Source: Thermotogota bacterium (GTDB lineage: Bacteria > Bipolaricaulota > Bipolaricaulia > UBA7950 > UBA9294). From it: 16,218 bases of DNA. A program made the translations under genes and the position numbers. Positions within the stretch are counted from its first letter, which is position 1, and every line of letters begins with the position of its first letter. Shown here piece by piece: positions 8,703 through 14,575 of this stretch. The stretch lies in assembly GCA_039679545.1 (NCBI GenBank), contig JBDKUT010000136.1, positions 1-16,218 on the forward strand, given 5' to 3'. Below the pieces are notes generated by a model. It was not told the DNA's origin and did no database searches. It saw only the letters and a program-made list of their open reading frames with translations.

Positions 8703-8753
8703 TTGGTATACCGGCATACCAGCACTATACCACGGCCTTGCTACAACTGTCAA
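8703..8753 (-). promoter_or_regulatory. sigma70-like promoter P2 (extended -10) with tandem GntR/FadR-type operator
   Basis: Minus strand TTGACA(8753-8748)-N18-TATAGT(8729-8724), with TG at the extended -10 position, followed by GCTGGTATGCCGGTATACCAA. Confidence 0.75.
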
Positions 8754-9013
8754 TCAGAGGCAAGTGTCACGGCGCTGTCAGAGTTATACATATGTCAGGG
8801 CGCCAACACGGGTAACCCGGAATGCGCATCGGGGGCTGGCGACCGGGCGTGATCCGTCGAAGAAGAGGGCATCTTTAGGGCCGTGAACACGCCGGAGCAG
8901 CAAGCTGGCGAGAATCAGGCAAGTGGCGAAGTGAGCAGTGAAAGAGTGAAAGCAGGGGTAGTACGAAAAGCGGCGCAGGGCTCTGTCGAGAATGAGCCCG
9001 CCCGGGTCATGAC

Positions 9014-9760
9014 CTAGCCTACGCCGGCGAAGTGCTCCGCCATCAGCGCCTGGGCGAGTTGGGCGTCTCGGGCCCTGATGGCATCGAGGATCTCACGGTG
9101 CTCGTTGATCGAGTCTACGATGCGGGTTGACGTCTCACGCAGGCGGCGGTGCATGATCATCTCCCAAATCGGCTGGGTCATGACGTAGCAGAGCATCCAC
9201 CGGGCGAGCCTCTCGAAGATGCTGTTCCCCGAGGCAACGGCGATCGACAGGTGGAACTTCCGATGCGCGTCGAGAAAGCGGTCCATGTCTCCCGTTGCGT
9301 GGGCGTCGACCATACCTTGGAATGCTGTCTCGATGCTCTTAAGCGACGTGGGTGTGAGTTCCGCGATGGCGGCGGCGAGGATTGCGCCCTCCAGGACTTT
9401 TCGCAGCTCGCTGATCTCAAACGGGCTTTCGCTCTCCGCAAGAAGCGAGAAAGCCGATGCCTCGGAGGAATTTGCCGCCTGCCCGACGGAAAACGCTCCA
9501 ACTCCCGGCTCGATCCGGATCTTCCCAACCATCTGGAGGGCGATCAGGGCCTCGCGGACCGGGGATCGGGTGATCTTAAGTTGGGCCGCGACTTCACGCT
9601 CCGACGGAAGCTTCTTGCCGGGCGGGTAGTCTCGCAGCAGTTCCTCGAGGTACTGGAGCGCGAGCTCGCTCTTCTTGGGCTGCGGGAACATCCCGTACTG
9701 CCAGGTGTCCCACGAATCTGGCGGTCTTCGTGGGGCACTCCCGGTCTCGGCGTTTGACAT
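9014..9760 (-). CDS. FadR/GntR family transcriptional regulator (wHTH + FCD)
   Basis: PGKKLPSEREVAAQLKITRSPVREAL..L...G; FCD motifs FH.SIAVASGN, EHREILDAI, MAEH. Confidence 0.95.
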   Translation of the reverse strand: MSNAETGSAPRRPPDSWDTWQYGMFPQPKKSELALQYLEELLRDYPPGKKLPSEREVAAQLKITRSPVREALIALQMVGKIRIEPGVGAFSVGQAANSSEASAFSLLAESESPFEISELRKVLEGAILAAAIAELTPTSLKSIETAFQGMVDAHATGDMDRFLDAHRKFHLSIAVASGNSIFERLARWMLCYVMTQPIWEMIMHRRLRETSTRIVDSINEHREILDAIRARDAQLAQALMAEHFAGVG

Positions 9761-9795
9761 AGGCGCATTATGCCTGTAGCCTCCGGCACAGGCAA
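9761..9795 (-). promoter_or_regulatory. sigma70-like promoter predicting a leaderless regulator mRNA
   Basis: Minus strand TTGCCT(9795-9790)-N17-CATAAT(9772-9767)-GCGCCT-ATG(9760); no SD at a usable spacing. Confidence 0.65.
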
Positions 9796-9896
9796 ACGTA
9801 CTTGAGCTTTGGCCTCTAGGCGCGGCCGGTTGCGCGGAGCGCTGTTCTGTGCTCGCGGGTGACGGCCGTCATCCGATGCCGGCGAGGGGAGTTTGG

Positions 9897-11075
9897 ATGC
9901 GTGGGAATTGGAACGCTGAGGGGCGTGCAGCGCTTCTGATGTGTGCCGTCCTTCTTGTCGGGGTGCCGTGGTCTCTCGAGGCGTCGGAGGTCGTATGGTC
10001 GTTCGCGACGGGTGACGCGATCGTCTCGTCGCCCGCGGTCGGCGCCGACGGCGTTATCTTCGTCGGCTCGCGTGACGGATTCCTGTACGCCCTGGAATCC
10101 GATGGCACACTGCGCTGGCGGTTCGCGACACACGGGCGGGTCGATTCGTCCCCGGCGATCGGATCGGACGGGTCAATCTTCGTGGGCTCGGAGGACGGAC
10201 AGCTTTACGCCCTCCGTGCGGACGGACAGCTTCGCTGGACCGCCTCGTTAGGCGGTCCTGTCGAGTGCTCTCCAGCGATCGGCACGGACGGCACGATCTA
10301 CGTCGGCTACACGGATCGCGGGCTCGGGGAAAGCGCTTTGTGCGCATTCTCTCCGGCGGGAGAGCTTCTCTGGTCTCACTTCACCGATGGGCCGGTGTTC
10401 TCCTCTCCGGCGATCGGCACGGATGGGACCGTTTACTTCGGTGCGTTCGACTACTCCCTCCACGCGGTCGACCCGAGCGGACAACTGAAGTGGGCCTACA
10501 AGACCGGAACGTGGGTCCGGTCCTCTCCAGCGATCGCGTCTGATGGGACCGTGGTCTTCGGCTCCGACGACCATGGCGTGTATGCCGTCGATCGGGACGG
10601 GAATCTCAAGTGGCACGTCGTGACCGGCGGGCCCGTCATCGCCTCGCCCGTGATCGGGCAGGACGGCACAGTGTTCGTTGGATCAGATGATGGGCTCTTC
10701 TATGCCATTAGCGAGGCGGGGAAGATCGTATGGGCCTTCCGTGCGCAAGGGTGGATCGAGTCCGCTGCGCTTGTGGGCGCCGACGGCTCGGTCTGGTTCG
10801 GCTGCCACGGCGGCGGCTTCTATGAGCTCACGGCGGACGGGGTGCTGGTCTCCTTGCTCGTCGGTGGCAGCGCCGTCGTGTCGGCTCCGGTCTTCCACGC
10901 GAGCACCGGGAGCGTCATCTTCGGAGCGAGCAACGGTGTTCTCTATGCTCTTCGAGTTCACGCCGGTGAACCTGCCGCCTCCAGTTGGCCGATGTTTCGG
11001 GGGTGCCCTGCCCACACGGGCGTCGCCTGGATCTCCGCGGGCCCATCGGCGGGCGGAGGGGATAGGGCCCGATAG
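9897..11075 (+). CDS. Secreted PQQ-binding-like (BamB-type) 8-bladed beta-propeller repeat protein
   Basis: Signal peptide, then eight ~40-aa repeats W.F.T.G...SSPAIG.DG.(I/V)(F/Y)VGS.DG.LYA(L/V)..DG..(R/K), with C-terminal WPMFRG.PAHTG. Start ATG 9897 follows GAGGGGAG. Confidence 0.9.
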   Translation: MRGNWNAEGRAALLMCAVLLVGVPWSLEASEVVWSFATGDAIVSSPAVGADGVIFVGSRDGFLYALESDGTLRWRFATHGRVDSSPAIGSDGSIFVGSEDGQLYALRADGQLRWTASLGGPVECSPAIGTDGTIYVGYTDRGLGESALCAFSPAGELLWSHFTDGPVFSSPAIGTDGTVYFGAFDYSLHAVDPSGQLKWAYKTGTWVRSSPAIASDGTVVFGSDDHGVYAVDRDGNLKWHVVTGGPVIASPVIGQDGTVFVGSDDGLFYAISEAGKIVWAFRAQGWIESAALVGADGSVWFGCHGGGFYELTADGVLVSLLVGGSAVVSAPVFHASTGSVIFGASNGVLYALRVHAGEPAASSWPMFRGCPAHTGVAWISAGPSAGGGDRAR

Positions 11076-11108
11076 CGCGCCTATGACGGCTGTTTTACAG
11101 GCTGGGGG

Positions 11109-11156
11109 TTGACAGGCAACCTGGTGACCGGCATACTGGTATACCGGTATGACCAA
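11109..11156 (+). promoter_or_regulatory. sigma70-like promoter P3 with tandem GntR/FadR-type operator overlapping the -10, TSS and ATG
   Basis: TTGACA(11109-11114)-N17-CATACT(11132-11137), embedded in CCGGCATACTGGTATACCGGTATGACCAA. Confidence 0.8.
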
Positions 11157-11952
11157 CCAGGGTTCTCAGGTCTCTAGCGGCACGACTCCCGTCCCGCCTT
11201 TCTTGCGGCCGGCAGCACCAATCGGAGAAAGCAAGAAGAGCGTCACGGCCTTCAAGTACATCGTTCAGCTCCTCGAATCCACTGTCCCGAAGGCGAAGCT
11301 CCCATCCGAGAGGGACATTGCCGATGCGCTCGGGATGACGCGGTCTCCCGTTCACGAAGCGCTCGTCGCCTTGCGGATGGCAGGGAGGATCCGGATCGTC
11401 CCGGGCGTCGGAGCGTACCCGGTGGCGGCAGAGGAGAAAAAGGTGGAGGAGGGGTCGGGGCTCCTCTTTCTCGCTGAGTCGGAGAGCCCGCACGAGGTCT
11501 TTCAGCTTCGCGTTGTGGTTGAGGAGGTGATCCTGCGGACGTTGGTCCCGGAGCTGACTCCAGGCAAGGCGGCGCAGATCGACCTCGCGTTTCGGCGCCT
11601 GGCCGACGCGATGAACCGCGGCGGCATCGAGGCCTACCTGGAGGCGAATCGCGTGTTCCACATGTCACTCGCTGTAGCGACGGGGAACACGCTTCTCGCG
11701 AAGCTCGAGTACTGGATGCTCTACCAGGTCATGACCGAGCGCCTCTGGCGCGAGGTCCTGGATAGTCGTTTGCGAGAGATGGGGGACGACGTGGCCCGGG
11801 TCGTGCAGTCGCTGATCGAGGAGCACCAGCAGATTTTGCTGGCCATTCGTTCGCAGGACACGGAAAGAGCTGTCCGTCTGATGCTTCAGCACGTCGGACG
11901 GATTGAAGCGGACGTCGAAGCACCAGAAACCAAGAGGATCGGAGAGGAGTGA
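11149..11952 (+). CDS. FadR/GntR family transcriptional regulator (wHTH + FCD), paralog of 9014-9760
   Basis: KLPSERDIADALGMTRSPVHEALVALRMAGRIRIVPGVGAY; LAESESP; NRVFHMSLAVATGN, EEHQQILLAI, MLQH. Confidence 0.95.
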   Translation: MTNQGSQVSSGTTPVPPFLRPAAPIGESKKSVTAFKYIVQLLESTVPKAKLPSERDIADALGMTRSPVHEALVALRMAGRIRIVPGVGAYPVAAEEKKVEEGSGLLFLAESESPHEVFQLRVVVEEVILRTLVPELTPGKAAQIDLAFRRLADAMNRGGIEAYLEANRVFHMSLAVATGNTLLAKLEYWMLYQVMTERLWREVLDSRLREMGDDVARVVQSLIEEHQQILLAIRSQDTERAVRLMLQHVGRIEADVEAPETKRIGEE

Positions 11953-13148
11953 GAAACGTGTCACTGAAAGTCGAGTACTGCGGCGTCAAGATGCGGAACC
12001 CGATTATCGCGGCGTCAGCGACGCCGACGATCGGGCCGATGAACCTGCGTCGGCTGGACAAGGCGGGAGCCGGCAGCGCGGTGATCAAGTCCGTGGTGTT
12101 CCCGGTGTCGAAGCCGGGAGAGCCCATCCAACGGTACGGGAAGAACCCACGGCCGCGGTTCGCGGTCATCAACAAGGCCGGGACGGTCTACGACCCGACC
12201 CTGACTGCGAAGGACAGCTACTTCACGCTGTTCCGGTACGGCGAGCGGTATCCCACGCCGGACGAGTACGCGGAAGGCATCCGGCAGCTCAAGAAAGAGA
12301 TCGAGATGCCGATCATTGCCAGCATCTGCGCCGCTCCCTACAAGTACGACGACTGGAAGAAGCTCTGCGAGATCATGCAGGACGCGGGCTCCGATGCTGT
12401 TGAGCTCAACATGCACTGCCTGCCGAAGATTAAGGGGAACATGACGGACCCGGGCATCGTCTCGGCCGTCAAGAGCGTCGCGAAGATCCCTGTCATTGTG
12501 AAGCTGATGTCAGACTCGGAGGACCCCGCCGAGGTCGGTCCGAAGGTCGTCGCGGCAGGTGCTGACGCGATTACGGCCATTGGTACGTTCGGTCGCCCGG
12601 TCCTCGAGATCGACGCCGAGAAGGAGGAGTTCTTCCTCCAGCCGACGTTCGGAGGCATGGGCGGCACGTGGAATCGGCCGGTGGGATTGGCGTGGATCGC
12701 CCGTCTTGCGCGCGTCGTCAACGTCCCGCTCTCCGGCGTGTCCGGCGTGTCGGACTGGCGGGATGTCGTGAAGTACATCCTCGTCGGCGCGACGACGGTT
12801 CAGGTGTGCGGCGCTCTCTACGCCAAGGGGTATGGCCTCATTGGTGAGATGACCAAGGGCATCGAGGGGTACATGGAGCGCCATGGGTACGGGAGCCTCG
12901 AGGACTTCCGCGGAAAGCTCCTGAAGGACATCAAGTCTGAGGCCCAACTTCCGCAGGATCCGCCGGTCAAGGCCGCGATCGACAAGGCGAAGTGCGTCGG
13001 GTGCGGGAAATGCGTCGACTCCTGCTTCTTCACGGCGATTTCCATGAAGAGCAAGAAGGCGGTCGTCGATCAGAACGCCTGCGACGGATGTGGCATCTGC
13101 ACGTGGGTCTGCCCGGTCCAGGCTCCCAAGATGGCCCGGGTCGGGTAA
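11949..13148 (+). CDS. Dihydroorotate/dihydropyrimidine dehydrogenase (PreA-like) FMN barrel with C-terminal 2x[4Fe-4S] domain
   Basis: NPIIAAS, VIKS, PIIASI, ELNMHC, IPVIVKL, GADAITAIGT, GGMGG, SGVSGV, GATTVQVC; CVGCGKCVDSC and CDGCGICTWVCP. The start is GTG 11949 (overlapping the upstream stop) or 11958. Confidence 0.88.
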   Translation: MRNVSLKVEYCGVKMRNPIIAASATPTIGPMNLRRLDKAGAGSAVIKSVVFPVSKPGEPIQRYGKNPRPRFAVINKAGTVYDPTLTAKDSYFTLFRYGERYPTPDEYAEGIRQLKKEIEMPIIASICAAPYKYDDWKKLCEIMQDAGSDAVELNMHCLPKIKGNMTDPGIVSAVKSVAKIPVIVKLMSDSEDPAEVGPKVVAAGADAITAIGTFGRPVLEIDAEKEEFFLQPTFGGMGGTWNRPVGLAWIARLARVVNVPLSGVSGVSDWRDVVKYILVGATTVQVCGALYAKGYGLIGEMTKGIEGYMERHGYGSLEDFRGKLLKDIKSEAQLPQDPPVKAAIDKAKCVGCGKCVDSCFFTAISMKSKKAVVDQNACDGCGICTWVCPVQAPKMARVG

Positions 13149-13161
13149 CGGGAGAGCAAGC

Positions 13162-14049
13162 ATGGAGACGCGAATCGCCGTCGCTCAGTCAGCACTCGGA
13201 AGCGACAAGAAACGCAACCTGAAGGGAGCCGTGGGGCTCATCGAGCGAGCGGCGGCCGGCGGTGCGAGGGTCGTGTGCTTCCCCGACTACTTCTTGACGG
13301 GGGTCCCGACCTCGGACGATGTCGGCAAGCTGCCGCGGATCGCGGAGCTCGTCCCGGACGGCCCGAGCGTCCGAGCACTTGCCGCGGCGGCCGCGGAGCA
13401 TGAGATCTACGTCATCGCCGGAACCCTCGTGGAGTCCGGCGATGACGGGAAGCTCTACTCAACGTGCGCCTTCCTCGGCCCGGACGGCTCTCTGGTGGGG
13501 AAGATCCGCAAGTCTCACCCAGAGAACGCGCCCGCGAAACACGAGTTGGGATGCGGAATCGTTCCGGCCGACCCGGAGTACCGGGTGTTCGACACGGAGT
13601 TCGGCAAGGTCGGAATCATGCTGGACATGGAAGGGATCGCGGTGGAGGTTCCGCGCATCCTGGAGGTGAAAGGGGCCGAGATCATCTTTTGGCCCCTGAA
13701 CTTCAGCGCCCGCTTCCCGGGCGTCGGGGTCGAAGTGGCGTGCTACTCAGGGTTTACACACGCCTACGTGGCCGCGGCCTGCGGCGTCGGCTGGGCGAAG
13801 GGCGTTCCGGTGCACCCGGAGGCGTTCTACGGCGAGCCGCGAGCCGACCTTTTCTACCCCGGCGGCAGCGCGATCGCGTTCTGCGGAGAGATCATCGCTC
13901 GGGCCCCGAGCTTCTCGGAGGGGGTTGCGTACGCGATGGTGGATCCGGCGAGGGTTCAGGCTGTACGGGCCTCGCGGCGCAAGCACATACCGCTGGAGCG
14001 ACGTCCGGAGACGTACGTCGATCTCGTGAAATCGATGGCAAGACCGTAA
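13162..14049 (+). CDS. Carbon-nitrogen hydrolase (nitrilase superfamily) fold protein with non-canonical active site
   Basis: RIAVAQ, RAAAGGARVVCFPD, HEIYVIAGT, G.LYST.AFLGPDG.LVGKIRKSH, VFDTEFGKVG, GAEIIFWP, GGSAI, ERRPETY. ATG 13162 follows GGAGAG. Confidence 0.9.
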   Translation: METRIAVAQSALGSDKKRNLKGAVGLIERAAAGGARVVCFPDYFLTGVPTSDDVGKLPRIAELVPDGPSVRALAAAAAEHEIYVIAGTLVESGDDGKLYSTCAFLGPDGSLVGKIRKSHPENAPAKHELGCGIVPADPEYRVFDTEFGKVGIMLDMEGIAVEVPRILEVKGAEIIFWPLNFSARFPGVGVEVACYSGFTHAYVAAACGVGWAKGVPVHPEAFYGEPRADLFYPGGSAIAFCGEIIARAPSFSEGVAYAMVDPARVQAVRASRRKHIPLERRPETYVDLVKSMARP

Positions 14050-14065
14050 AGGGGCGATTCCTGAG

Positions 14066-14467
14066 ATGAAGAGAGTGGAGATCACATTCGAGCGGGGGGG
14101 CAAGTTCGTCATTGAACTCCTGGAGAAGGAGGCTCCCAAGACGTGCGCGGCGCTCCTGAAGGCGCTGCCCTTGGTGGGCCTGGAGGTTCGCCACGCGAAG
14201 TCCTCGGGGGACGAGGTGTACGTCCAGGCGATGTCGATGGACGTCTCGGAGGAGAACAACGTTGTCCCCGCGCAGGGAGGTGTCGCCTTCAACGTGATGC
14301 CGAACTGGCGGGCGATCTGCATCTACTACGGCCCGAAGATCACAAACAAGTTCAACTTCAACCTGTTTGGGCACGTGACGAAGGACCTAAAGACACTAGA
14401 AGAGGTCGGCAATCGGGTGTGGTTGCGCGGCACGGAGAAGGCCGACATCAGACTAGTTAAGGACTAG
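14066..14467 (+). CDS. DUF3830-like / cyclophilin-like fold small protein
   Basis: F..ELLEKEAPKTC.A....LP, RHAK.SG.EVY, EN, I.IYYG, NLFG, L.EVG.RVW..G resemble DUF3830 proteins as recalled; sits tightly in the operon. Confidence 0.7.
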   Translation: MKRVEITFERGGKFVIELLEKEAPKTCAALLKALPLVGLEVRHAKSSGDEVYVQAMSMDVSEENNVVPAQGGVAFNVMPNWRAICIYYGPKITNKFNFNLFGHVTKDLKTLEEVGNRVWLRGTEKADIRLVKD

Positions 14468-14575
14468 GCGGGACGGGAGGTGGTGCGGTCTCGGAAAGCC
14501 GACGACGCTCCAATGCCGCGGCAGGGCGGAATCCTGAAAAGGCAAACGCGTAGGAATGGGAAGGGAGGAAAGCTC

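Noticed and set aside
10020..10670. Recurring DNA repeats (TC..C.CC.GCGATCGG) at roughly 120-nt period as a CRISPR array
   Set aside because: These are degenerate in-frame codons of the SSPAIG blade motif; there are no identical repeats and no cas genes.
11949..14049. Assigning preA/pyrD and beta-ureidopropionase gene symbols
   Set aside because: Key substrate-binding and catalytic residues differ and the partner genes are absent from the window.
14468..14575. AAAGGCAAAC upstream of the third SBP as a c-di-GMP-I riboswitch; also the ORF extension to 14480
   Set aside because: No GAAA-capped stem or GACGCAAA follows. The extension would precede the signal peptide, and ATG 14576 has its own SD.
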